Shown: one piece after another, positions 22,416 to 32,114 of the stretch | Position numbering within the stretch: position 1 is the stretch's first letter | Layout: each line of letters begins with the position of its first letter | From: a virus | IMG/VR virus record: IMGVR_UViG_3300045988_168338 | DNA length: 41,186 nt | Direction: 5' to 3' (one strand) | Translations under genes and position numbers: made by a program | The notes under the pieces: generated by a model | The model's database searches: none | What the model saw: the letters and a program-made list of their open reading frames with translations, nothing else | What the model was told of the DNA's origin: nothing

Positions 22416-25400
22416 ATGGCAGGCGGACTGAACCGCAACATCACCGTCCGCCTGCTCGCGGACACGTCGAAATTCACCGCCGGCATGGCCAAGGTGTCCG
22501 CCGAGGCCGAGAAGACCTCCACCACCATGGAGGCGTCGGGCGGCAAGACGAAGCTCCTGACCGCCGGCATCGCCGCCGCCGGCATCGCCGCCACCGCATT
22601 GGGCGTCGCCGCCGTACGCATGGCCGCCGACTTCGACGCCGGCATGTCGACCGTCCAGGCCAACACCGGAGCCAGCGCCGACGAGATGTCCCTGCTACGC
22701 CAGGCCGCCATCGACGCCGGCGCCGACACCGTGTACTCCGCCACGGACGCGGCCGACGCGATCAACGAACTCGGCAAGGCCGGCATGAGCACGTCGGACA
22801 TCCTCTCCGGCGGCCTGAACGGCGCACTCGACCTCGCCGCGTCCGACGGCATGGAAGTCGCCGAAGCCGCCGAACTCATGAGCTCCGCCATGGCCCAGTT
22901 CAACCTCACCGGAGCCGACGCCACCCGCATCGCCGACGCCCTCGCCGCCGGCGCCGGCAAGGCGCAAGGCTCCGCCCGAGACCTCGGCTACGCCCTCCAG
23001 CAATCCGGCATGGTCGCCAACAGCTTCGGCATCGGCATGGAAGAGACCGTCGGCACCCTCACCAGCTTCGCCAACGCCGGCATGACCGGATCCGACGCCG
23101 GCACCAGCCTCAAAAGCATGCTCATCGCGCTCGCCAACCCCACCAAAAAAGCGCAGAACCTCATGGACGAGCTCGGCATCAGCGCCTACGACGCCCAAGG
23201 CAACTTCATCGGCCTCAAAGCCCTGGCCGGCCAGCTCCAGACCCAGATGAGCGGACTCACACAGGCACAACGCAACCAGGCGCTCGCCACCATCTTCGGC
23301 TCCGACGCGATCCGCGCCGCCAACGTGCTCTACAACGAGGGCGCCGACGGCATCGCCGACTGGACCAAGAAGGTCTCCGATTCCGGGTACGCCGCCCAGC
23401 AGGCCGCCGCCAAGAACGACAACCTGCGCGGAGACCTGGAAAACCTCAGCGGCAGCTTCGAGAGCATGATGATCAAGCTCGGCGAAGGCGGGCAGGGGCC
23501 CCTGCGCAAGCTCGTCCAGACCATCGACATGCTCGTGGACGGATTCGGGCAATTGCCCGCCCCCGTCCAACAGACCATCGTCCTCTCCACGGCGCTCGCC
23601 GGAGGCATCGTCGCGCTTCACCGCGCGATGGCACCGTTGAATTCAAGCAGCAGCCAGCTGTCAAAGAATCTCGGCATGGTTCTCGACCCCGGCCAGCGGC
23701 TTATCTCCATGAGCTCGCAACTGTATACGGGCGCCACGCAAATCGGGGCGGCGTTCTCAACCCAGAGCCGTCAGCTGGAGGTTTTCGGCAGCACCGTCAG
23801 TCGCACCTCAGGCGTCATGACCGGATTGAAAACCATGGGCAGCGGCGTCATCGACCTGCTCGGAGGCCCATGGGGCATTGCCATAACGGCAGCCGGTCTC
23901 GCATTGTTCGATTTCGCGCAGGATCAGCAGGCCGCCGCACAACGAGTGGACGAACTCACCCAAGTGCTGCAGAGCGGACAGACCGCGGCCGAATACTTCG
24001 GCAAGGCACTCTCCGACAGCTCATCCAGCCGATACACCGACGACTTCCTCAGCCGATGGGCCAGCGGATACGACGACATCGCCGAAGCCATCGACCGCAT
24101 GGGCATCAGCCACCAGACCTACATCAAAGCCATCCAAGGCGACAAGGACGCCATCGAACAGGTCCACGCCCAGGCCGACGAATACGCGGCCAGCCTCAAC
24201 CTCATCGACCAATGGTGGAACAACCCGTCAAGCGCCGCCTACGAGGCGCTCGCCGAACAGCAGAACGTCTTCAAGCAGGCGACCAAGGACGCGGCCGAGG
24301 CGGAGAAGGCCGCGACCGAGGCCAGCATGGGCAGGACCGCGGCCCTCATAACCGGCAACGACGCGCTGGCCGGGACCGCCGACGCATCCGCCAAGGCCGC
24401 GGACTCCGACACGATCCTGCAGGAGAGCTTCGGCGCGACCAAGGACGCGGTCAACGAGACGAGCGCCGCGCTGGGCGAGGTCATCGACGCGCTCAACACC
24501 TACTACGGTTTCGCTCTGGACGCGTCCAACGCGTCTATCGCGCTGGAATCCAGCTTCGACAAGGCATCCGAAGCGGTCGGGAAGAACGGCAGGACGCTCG
24601 ACATCAACACCGAAAAGGGCCGCGACAACACGAGCGCCCTGAACGACGTGGCCGAGGCCGCGCAGAAGGCCATGCTCGCCCACGCGAAGAACGGCGAGGG
24701 ACTGGAACAGGTCACGCCCATCGTCCAGAGGGCCCGCGACCAGTACATCCAGCTCGCCCAGCAGATGGGCATGAGCAAGGAGGAGGCCGAGGCCTCGGCC
24801 GACGCGTACGGGTTGAACACCGACAAGCTCAGGGACCTCATCGTCCAATCGGGCATCGCAAGCGGACAGACCGGTGACCTGCAAGCCGCCTTCGACCGGC
24901 TCGGATTGAGCACCAGCGACGTCAAGCTCAAGGTCGACAACATGGTCGGCAGCATGCGCCTCATACCAGCGGAGAAAACCACGACCGTGAGGGTCAACGA
25001 CCTCGCATCGAACGCGATCCACACCATCCGGGAAGGCATCGAGCTGCTGCAGTCCAAGACCGTCACCATCCGCACCAACGTGATCACGAACGAGACGACG
25101 ATCCGCAGCACGAAGGGCTCGATGATCGGCCGTCCCATCTCCTACACGGGCGGCTACTACGCCGGCAACGGCTTCGCGATGCGCGGCTACGCGTCGGGCG
25201 GCATCGTGGAGGGGCTGCTGCCCGGCACTCCGCCCCTGTCAGCGCAGGCGGACAACATCACGCTCGCCAACGCGAGGCTGCGCAGCGGCGAGTTCGTCAG
25301 CAACGACAAAAGCGTCCGATATTACGGTGCCGACACGTATGCGGCCATGAACCGCCGCCAGCTTCCGAGGGAGATGTTCACGGGCGGCGCGGAACAGCCG

Positions 25401-25550
25401 GGGCCCTCGGTGGCGGACATCTCCCAGGGCGTGATGGACGCGCTGGAACGCACCTCGGTCACCCTCGTGTTCGACGACCGCACCGTCGCGGCGCGGCTCG
25501 CCCCCGCGATGGACAGGGAACTGGGACGAAGGAAAGGAATGGGACTGTGA
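22416..25550 (+). CDS. Tape measure protein
   Basis: 1044 aa, Ala/Gly-rich and helical, with the conserved N-terminal TMP core (...YSATDAADAINELGKAGMSTSDIL...). Confidence 0.95.
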   Translation: MAGGLNRNITVRLLADTSKFTAGMAKVSAEAEKTSTTMEASGGKTKLLTAGIAAAGIAATALGVAAVRMAADFDAGMSTVQANTGASADEMSLLRQAAIDAGADTVYSATDAADAINELGKAGMSTSDILSGGLNGALDLAASDGMEVAEAAELMSSAMAQFNLTGADATRIADALAAGAGKAQGSARDLGYALQQSGMVANSFGIGMEETVGTLTSFANAGMTGSDAGTSLKSMLIALANPTKKAQNLMDELGISAYDAQGNFIGLKALAGQLQTQMSGLTQAQRNQALATIFGSDAIRAANVLYNEGADGIADWTKKVSDSGYAAQQAAAKNDNLRGDLENLSGSFESMMIKLGEGGQGPLRKLVQTIDMLVDGFGQLPAPVQQTIVLSTALAGGIVALHRAMAPLNSSSSQLSKNLGMVLDPGQRLISMSSQLYTGATQIGAAFSTQSRQLEVFGSTVSRTSGVMTGLKTMGSGVIDLLGGPWGIAITAAGLALFDFAQDQQAAAQRVDELTQVLQSGQTAAEYFGKALSDSSSSRYTDDFLSRWASGYDDIAEAIDRMGISHQTYIKAIQGDKDAIEQVHAQADEYAASLNLIDQWWNNPSSAAYEALAEQQNVFKQATKDAAEAEKAATEASMGRTAALITGNDALAGTADASAKAADSDTILQESFGATKDAVNETSAALGEVIDALNTYYGFALDASNASIALESSFDKASEAVGKNGRTLDINTEKGRDNTSALNDVAEAAQKAMLAHAKNGEGLEQVTPIVQRARDQYIQLAQQMGMSKEEAEASADAYGLNTDKLRDLIVQSGIASGQTGDLQAAFDRLGLSTSDVKLKVDNMVGSMRLIPAEKTTTVRVNDLASNAIHTIREGIELLQSKTVTIRTNVITNETTIRSTKGSMIGRPISYTGGYYAGNGFAMRGYASGGIVEGLLPGTPPLSAQADNITLANARLRSGEFVSNDKSVRYYGADTYAAMNRRQLPREMFTGGAEQPGPSVADISQGVMDALERTSVTLVFDDRTVAARLAPAMDRELGRRKGMGL

Positions 25551-26326
25551 GCGTCTTCCAACGCATGCCGGCCGACCCGCTCATGCACATCCTCCTCGAC
25601 GGCAGGCCGCTCGACTGGTACGGGCTGTCCGCCACGGACGGCGTCCTCGCCATCGAGGCCCCCGACCTGGCCGTCGCATACCAGAACGCGCCCGGCATGG
25701 CCGGAAGCCACGACGTGACCCTCGACGACCCGCTCGGCTGCGCGTACCCCGGGCTGCGCAGGATCGCGCTCGGCGTGGTGACCGTCGGCGAGGACGACGA
25801 GATGATGGACGCGCGCCGCCGCCTCGGCGCGCTCGTCGGCCGCAGCTCGACGCTATCCTACCGGGAGCTGCCCGGTCAGTGGCGCGGCCGCGTCACGATC
25901 AAGGACTGGGACGAACGCATGCTCGGACCATGCCGCGTGGACTGCGCCACCACGATCGTGATGGACGCATACCCGCACATCATGGGCCGCGCCCAGCGTC
26001 ACGCGCTCAGGGAAGGCGCCAACCTCCTGCACGTCACCGGCAACCGGCCGGCATGGCCCGTCCTGACACTCACGACCTCCCGCGCCGTCTCGGCCCTGTC
26101 GATCAGGGACGGGCGCGGCCACACCATCGGCATCAGGCCGGCCGCCACGCTGCCGGCCGGAACGAGCGTGCTGGTCGACTGCAAGGCGCAGACGACGCGC
26201 GCCAACGGCACCCTCGCCCCGGTCAGCCTCGACACCGACTACTTCGCCCTGCTGCCGGGCATGAACACGCTCACCCTGTCCGGCGCCGCCGGCAGCTGCG
26301 AGCACGAACCCGAATGGATGATCTGA
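25547..26326 (+). CDS. Distal tail protein (Dit-like)
   Basis: Immediately after the TMP. 259 aa. GTG start overlapping the TMP stop. Confidence 0.75.
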   Translation: MSVFQRMPADPLMHILLDGRPLDWYGLSATDGVLAIEAPDLAVAYQNAPGMAGSHDVTLDDPLGCAYPGLRRIALGVVTVGEDDEMMDARRRLGALVGRSSTLSYRELPGQWRGRVTIKDWDERMLGPCRVDCATTIVMDAYPHIMGRAQRHALREGANLLHVTGNRPAWPVLTLTTSRAVSALSIRDGRGHTIGIRPAATLPAGTSVLVDCKAQTTRANGTLAPVSLDTDYFALLPGMNTLTLSGAAGSCEHEPEWMI

Positions 26327-26327
26327 C

Positions 26328-28190
26328 ATGTTCCACGTCTTCGACCGGTGGGGCAACCCGAAACCCGCCCCCATGACCGTCCTCGCCGCCCGGCGCACGC
26401 AGAACGTGGACGGCACCGACAACCTCGACCTGCTCAGCGACCTCGACCTCGAAAAAGGCGACCGAGTGGCATGGCGCGACCACATGGGCCTGTGGCGAGA
26501 ATGGCTGGTCAACAGCATCGATACGTCACGCTCCGACCGGCTCCCCCTGTCCACCGCGCACTGCGTCGACGCCATCCAGGAACTCGCCTCCACATACATC
26601 GAGGACAAACGCAACCGGACGGCCACCGCCTCCGCATGCGCGAAAAAAGCGCTCGCCGGCACACGATGGATTCTCGGCACCGTGCACGACGGCACCAAAA
26701 CCACCGAGGCCGACCTCGCGTTCTACCACACCAACGCGCTCTCCGCAATCCAGGACATCTGCGCCACGTTCGGACTCGAGGCCGTCACCACCTACCAGCC
26801 CGACGCGACGGGCACGCGCATCGCGACCCGCACCCTCAGCCTCGTCAGCCGGCGCGGCGCGACCACCCCCACCAAACGCTTCACCTACGGCAAGGACCTC
26901 GCCTCGATCCGCCGCACCATCGACGCCACCCAGGTCGCCACACGCCTCTACGGATGGGGCAAAGGCGTCGCCACGACCGACGACGATGGGGAAGAGACCG
27001 GCGGGTACAGCCGCAAGATCAGCTTCGCCGACATCAACGACGGCAAGGCCTACGTCGAAGACGCCACGGCACTCGCCATATGGGGCATCCCCGGCCCCAA
27101 CGGAACCCGCATCCACAGCGAGGCAGACGCGGAATTCCCCGACTGCGAAGACCCCAAACAACTCCTGACGCTCACCAAGGAAGCGCTCAAGACACGCAGC
27201 CAGCCGGTCGTCTCATACGAATGCGACGTCACCAGCCTCGCCGCCGCCGGCGTCAACGCCGAAGGCACCGACATCGGCGACACCGTCCACATCATCGACA
27301 CCAGCTTCCCCACGCCCCTGCGCCTCGAAGGACGCATCCTGCAGATCGAACAGGACCTCACCGGCGACCAGACCGCCACCACCATCACCCTCGGCAACAT
27401 CACCACAGGCATCACCCACCAGGACGACGCATGGCGCCGACAACTCGACCAGCTCATCTCCAACTCCGGCGCATGGAACGACGCCGCCACCGGCACCAAA
27501 CCATACATCACCGACCTCATCAACCGCATCAACCAGATCATGAACACGACCGGCGGCTACACATACCTCAAACCCGGCCAAGGCATCTACGTGTACGACA
27601 AGCCCGAAGACCAGAACCCCACCCAATGCATCCACATCGGAGGCGGATACTGGCGCATCGCCAACAGCAAGAAGGCAAACGGAGACTGGGACTTCCGCGC
27701 GCTCGCCGACGGCAACGGCATCTACGCCAACACCATATACACAGGCAAGCTCTCCGATGCCGCCGGCCACAACCAATGGAACCTCGACACCGGAGAACTC
27801 GCCACCCGGGGCATGACCGCCACCAGCATCACCGCCGAAGGAACCTTCGCGTGCGGCAGCAAGGACTGGTACGGCATCGAGCTCAACAGCATCGGACAGC
27901 TCGCCGGCTACCGCAAGGGCAAGAAGGTCGGCTACATCGACTACTCGGGCGGCATGTACGAGGTATCCAACCCGTCGAAGGTCTACTACGGGCTCCAACT
28001 GCAAGGCGGATGCCTGCGCATCAGCACGCCCATCCTGTCCGTCGCCAAGACCACCGACACCCACGTCACCACCACACACGCCTACAACGGCAAACACCAC
28101 TACATCTCCAAAATCACATCCTCCTCGGACGGCACCATCACCTGGTTCCAATCAACGACCGAGTACATCAACGGATTCTGCATCAACTGA
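26328..28190 (+). CDS. Tail-associated protein (Tal / minor structural protein)
   Basis: 620 aa, following Dit. The N-terminal region is typical of prophage tail endopeptidase-type Tal scaffolds. Confidence 0.75.
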   Translation: MFHVFDRWGNPKPAPMTVLAARRTQNVDGTDNLDLLSDLDLEKGDRVAWRDHMGLWREWLVNSIDTSRSDRLPLSTAHCVDAIQELASTYIEDKRNRTATASACAKKALAGTRWILGTVHDGTKTTEADLAFYHTNALSAIQDICATFGLEAVTTYQPDATGTRIATRTLSLVSRRGATTPTKRFTYGKDLASIRRTIDATQVATRLYGWGKGVATTDDDGEETGGYSRKISFADINDGKAYVEDATALAIWGIPGPNGTRIHSEADAEFPDCEDPKQLLTLTKEALKTRSQPVVSYECDVTSLAAAGVNAEGTDIGDTVHIIDTSFPTPLRLEGRILQIEQDLTGDQTATTITLGNITTGITHQDDAWRRQLDQLISNSGAWNDAATGTKPYITDLINRINQIMNTTGGYTYLKPGQGIYVYDKPEDQNPTQCIHIGGGYWRIANSKKANGDWDFRALADGNGIYANTIYTGKLSDAAGHNQWNLDTGELATRGMTATSITAEGTFACGSKDWYGIELNSIGQLAGYRKGKKVGYIDYSGGMYEVSNPSKVYYGLQLQGGCLRISTPILSVAKTTDTHVTTTHAYNGKHHYISKITSSSDGTITWFQSTTEYINGFCIN

Positions 28191-28200
28191 AAGGACACCC

Positions 28201-28596
28201 ATGCCAAGGATCACCAGATACTGGGCGCACGACCCCATCGGCAACAGCGAGGGCATCCTCGCCGGATACGAGCCCGCCGCGCTCAAGGCCGCGCAGGACC
28301 GGGGCATCATCTTCATCGCCGAACTCGACGACGGCACCCGACTGCGCGTCGACGCCAGCGACGTCACCGAACCCGAACCAGCCTCGTACACCATCGCCAC
28401 ACCCGACTACGTGGCCAGCCGCGTCACGCTCATCACGGACGCGCTCGACGCCGTCGCCGCCATCCTCGACCCCCAGCCGACGGCGCTCGCCACGGCCAAT
28501 GACGCCGCCGCGGACACCTCCGGAGACGACGCACGCCGACGCCTGCGCGACGCCATCGCCCACCTCAACGACCTCACGAAAGGAACAGGGAAATGA
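28201..28596 (+). CDS. Hypothetical tail-module protein
   Basis: 131-aa ORF with an SD, overlapping the next start. Confidence 0.6.
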   Translation: MPRITRYWAHDPIGNSEGILAGYEPAALKAAQDRGIIFIAELDDGTRLRVDASDVTEPEPASYTIATPDYVASRVTLITDALDAVAAILDPQPTALATANDAAADTSGDDARRRLRDAIAHLNDLTKGTGK

Positions 28597-30425
28597 CCCT
28601 CGACGGATTCCGCGACGTCACCGAGACGCCCATCAGCCTCGACTTCTCCAACAGCTGGATCGCCGACATCCGACTCAACGCCGGCGACAAGGACGGACGC
28701 ACCATCACCGTCGCCATCACCGACAACGGCCAGCCAATCACCTCCACGACCGGCATCAAGAGCGTGGCGCTCGCCTACAACACCGCGCCGGGCGTCGAGG
28801 TCGGCGACCGCGTGCCCATGACCCCCGTGAGCGGGCAGGAGACCGCCACATACCGGGCGACGCTGCCCAGGCGGGCGATCGCCAAGCCCGGCGTCATCGC
28901 CCTGGGCGTGGAGGTCACCACCGCGGACGGCGCCAAGGTCTGCTCCCGCAACTTCAAGGGCGTGATCGAACGCGCCGTATGGGACGCCGAAAGCACCCAG
29001 GGGCAGGACAGCCTCACCCGCCTCGAACAGCTCATCGCGGACGGCGACGCCGCCATCATCCGCGTCAACAACGCCATCACCGACGCGAACAACGCGGTCG
29101 CGGCCGCCAACCAGGTCATCGCGGACGCGCGCATCACCGGCGGCAACACCACCACCCTCGACCCGAACCAGCCGGCCACGTCCTCGCTGCGCGGCAGCGG
29201 CCTGCAGCGCATCCTTGACTTGGGCATCCCGCGCGGCGCGGGCGTCACCAGCGCCGGCGCCACCACCCTGGACCCCAACAAGCCCGCCACCGCGAGCATG
29301 CTGCAGGCCGGAAGCAAGGGCGACTACACGCTCCTGGTCGGCGTGCCCCGAGGCAGCAGGATCATCGGCGTGGGCGCGAACACCGTCAACCCCTCACGGG
29401 AGGCGGGCGCCAGCATGTCCACCGACGGCGCGGGCGACATGAGCCTCATCCTCGACATCCCGCGCGGCGAGCGGATCGCCGGCGTGACCGCCCGCACCCT
29501 CGACGCCGGCATGGACGCCACCGTCACCGCCACCCGGGACGCGGCCGGCGACACCACGCTCGCGTTCGGCCTGCCGCGGGGAGCAAAGGGCGACAAGGGC
29601 GATCCCGGGGATGCCGGGCAGGTCGCCACCGCCACCGTCGCCGGCGTCGTCAAGCCCGGCGACAACCTGAGCGTGCGCGCCGACGGCACGCTCGACGCCG
29701 CCGCGGCCCAGTACGAGCTGCCCGTCGCGAGCGACACGACCCTCGGCGGCGTCAAGGTCAGCAAGGTCGACTACACGGACGCCCGCACGTTCCCCGTCGT
29801 CGTGTGCGACGGCGAGAAACTCGGCCTGTCGTTCAAACTCGGAGACAACGCCATGCCCGACGGCATCGAGTTCTACGGCACCGAGAACACGCTCATCGGC
29901 CTGAAGAAGGCCACGCAGGACGCGCTCGGCATCGTCAGGGGAGGGGGCAAAGGCATCCAGGTCGCCGTGGACGGCACCCTCAACCTTGACCTGCCCGCGG
30001 CGACGGCGGGCGCGATCGGCGGCGTCAAGCCCGACGGCAAGACCATCACCGCCGCCGCGGACGGCACCATCACCGCCGTCGCGCAGACAGGCCCGGTGGA
30101 GTACAGGGAGCTCGTCGGATACGAGAACGCGGCGCAGGGATACGCGGTCCGCGTCTCCGACAGGACATGGCTGTGCTGCTTCAACTCGTTCGCCATGCAG
30201 ACGGACGGCACGACACGACCGCCATACTTCTATGCCTTTCTCCGGCAGGCCGGCTCCTCGAGCCTGACCGCGCTGGTGGCCAACCCGTTCGACACGAACG
30301 GCATCACCCTCCTCTCCACCGACGGCGAACAGATGCGGTTCTCGTACGGAGGGGGCGGGCGCTGGGCCGGCGTGCGCGCGGTATCCGGCTTGGACGCCGC
30401 CACCCTCATCCTCACCGAGGCCTGA
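28593..30425 (+). CDS. Tail fibre / receptor-binding protein (BppU-like N-terminus, internal repeats, short collagen-like stretch)
   Basis: The N-terminus LDFSNSWIADIRLNAGDKDGRTITVAITDNGQPI looks like BppU. Four ~35-aa T.LDP...A...G....L..G.PRG repeats. GAKGDKGDPGDAG. Confidence 0.8.
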   Translation: MTLDGFRDVTETPISLDFSNSWIADIRLNAGDKDGRTITVAITDNGQPITSTTGIKSVALAYNTAPGVEVGDRVPMTPVSGQETATYRATLPRRAIAKPGVIALGVEVTTADGAKVCSRNFKGVIERAVWDAESTQGQDSLTRLEQLIADGDAAIIRVNNAITDANNAVAAANQVIADARITGGNTTTLDPNQPATSSLRGSGLQRILDLGIPRGAGVTSAGATTLDPNKPATASMLQAGSKGDYTLLVGVPRGSRIIGVGANTVNPSREAGASMSTDGAGDMSLILDIPRGERIAGVTARTLDAGMDATVTATRDAAGDTTLAFGLPRGAKGDKGDPGDAGQVATATVAGVVKPGDNLSVRADGTLDAAAAQYELPVASDTTLGGVKVSKVDYTDARTFPVVVCDGEKLGLSFKLGDNAMPDGIEFYGTENTLIGLKKATQDALGIVRGGGKGIQVAVDGTLNLDLPAATAGAIGGVKPDGKTITAAADGTITAVAQTGPVEYRELVGYENAAQGYAVRVSDRTWLCCFNSFAMQTDGTTRPPYFYAFLRQAGSSSLTALVANPFDTNGITLLSTDGEQMRFSYGGGGRWAGVRAVSGLDAATLILTEA

Positions 30426-30480
30426 GCATGGACGCCATCATCATCAGCGTCACCGGGAGCCTTACAAGGAAGGAGCACTC

Positions 30481-31310
30481 ATGACATTGGTGCATTTCCA
30501 CCTGACCGACGCCGAGGGGCGCGGTCTGGATGGCAGCGTGAGCCTCGTGCCCACGAGGCGCGTCACGGTCGCCGATGCTATCCGTCTGCCGGTCGCGCAG
30601 ACCGTCAGGCTTACGGCGGGCGAGGCCACGGCGGAGGTGATGCCCTCGACGACCCAGTGGGCGTGGAGGGCGTCTGAGCTCGTGGCGGGCGGAATCGTGC
30701 GATACGTCGAGGTGCCCGACAAGGAGTCGGCGGAATACTCAGGGCTGGCGGACGTGGATCCCAAGACCCTGGACCAATCCTCGGAGACCGTGGCCGCGTG
30801 GGAGCTCGTCACGCGTGCCGCGCAGGGCGTGCTCGACCGGATCGGCACGATCGACGACAAGGTGCAGTCCGCCGCGGCTTCGGCCGCTGCGGCGAAGGCG
30901 TCGGAAACGGTGGCCAGCCAGGAAAGCGCGAAGGCCGCCGCTGCGGCAGGCAAGGCGCAATCCTCCCAGTCCGAGGCGGCCAAAAGCGCACAGGCGGCGC
31001 ACGAGTCGGAGATCACGGCCAATGGTCTGATCGGCGAGGCGAAGACCATCGCCGGTCAGCTCACCGAAACCGCCGGACAGGTCAAGCAGGATGCGGCCAC
31101 GGCATCCCGGGCGGCGCAGACCGCCACCGTCAAGGCCGATGCCGCCGCTACCGCCCGGGATAGAGCGGAAACGGCGGGGCAGGCGGCAACGCCAGGACCA
31201 AGACCTACAACTACGACGCCATCACGGGCAAGTGGGTGTGCACCACCACCAACACGGCCGACACCGCCCAACCCGACCCATGCACCCTGCTGCTCAGGGC
31301 AAAGCACTGA
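30481..31310 (+). CDS. Ala-rich coiled-coil minor tail protein whose coding frame switches by -1 near 31164-31190
   Basis: Strong coding bias in frame 1 up to about 31180. It then moves to frame 0 (31164-31310, GC3 about 90 percent, ...NARTKTYNYDAITGKWVCTTTNTADTAQPDPCTLLLRAKH, stop 31308-10). Frame 1 downstream has low GC3. Confidence 0.5.
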
Positions 31311-31476
31311 TGGACGCGCCCGCATGGCTGACCGTCCTCGTCGCGCTCGTCTCCTCCGGCGGGGCGCGGCCGTCGGATGGCCCCCAAACGTCTCGACCGG
31401 CTCGACCGCACCGTGGGATCCCACCATCACACACAGAGAGGATCGCCAATGCGACATCCCATCAGAGAGGAGCCAC

Positions 31477-31884
31477 ATGGCTGACGACATCATCACCAGC
31501 GTCGTCGCCGGCCTCCTCATCGCCGCCATCAGCGCCATAGCCGCCGGCCTCTGGCACCAACTCAAAAACCTGCGCTCGCAGATCGCCGACGAGGAGACCC
31601 GAAGGTCGGAGCATGAGCAGCTGATGGCCGACATGAGGCGCGGCTGCGAACACGAAAAACTCGTAGACGAGGCGCTGCGCACGCTTCTGCTGTGCAAGCT
31701 CGAACAGCAGCAGGACACGATGGTGCACGACCACCACGGCGTCGCCGACAATGATTTCAAACTCCGCGCCCAACGTGTCTACGACGCCTATCACGGATTA
31801 GGCGGCAACGGCCACGGCACCCAGGTCAACAACGATATCCAGAATGCGCCCATTGCGCCCCGGCTGGGAGGAAAGCCATCATGA
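31477..31884 (+). CDS. Membrane-anchored coiled-coil protein (lysis-region accessory)
   Basis: SD GAGAGGAG then ATG 31477. N-terminal TM IITSVVAGLLIAAISAIAAGLW followed by a charged helix. Confidence 0.7.
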   Translation: MADDIITSVVAGLLIAAISAIAAGLWHQLKNLRSQIADEETRRSEHEQLMADMRRGCEHEKLVDEALRTLLLCKLEQQQDTMVHDHHGVADNDFKLRAQRVYDAYHGLGGNGHGTQVNNDIQNAPIAPRLGGKPS

Positions 31885-31985
31885 GCATCACCATCAACGG
31901 CGTCAAGCCCGGCACGGCCACATTGACCATCCGGGCTGGCCCCCAGTCGGTTGATGCGCCCGTTACCGTGCGGGAGCACCTGTGA
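31881..31985 (+). CDS. 34-aa Ig-like (Big_2-like) fragment ORF, with coding signal continuing past its TGA to 32069
   Basis: ATGA overlap. ITINGVKPGTATLTIRAGPQSVDAPVTV. The same frame after TGA 31983-85 keeps about 85 percent GC3 until TGA 32067-69. Confidence 0.35.
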   Translation: MSITINGVKPGTATLTIRAGPQSVDAPVTVREHL

Positions 31986-32073
31986 CGGTGGCTTCCGATG
32001 CCGGCCACGATGTTCGGCGTCACCTACGCGGACGCCCATCTGAGCGTCCGCCTCTATAAAACCGACTGACCTA

Positions 32074-32099
32074 AGTCCCACACCCGTGGGGCTTCTTTT
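32074..32099 (+). terminator. Intrinsic terminator before the holin gene
   Basis: Stem AGTCCCAC / GTGGGGCT followed by TCTTTT. Confidence 0.55.
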
Positions 32100-32114
32100 G
32101 TAAGGAGAACCATT

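Noticed and set aside
31091-31540. 149-aa ORF in frame 2 as a single gene
   Set aside because: Only its segment 31310-31384 shows coding bias. The upstream part overlaps the real frame-1 gene and the downstream part overlaps the real frame-1 gene starting at 31477. It is handled instead as part of the frame-switch observations.
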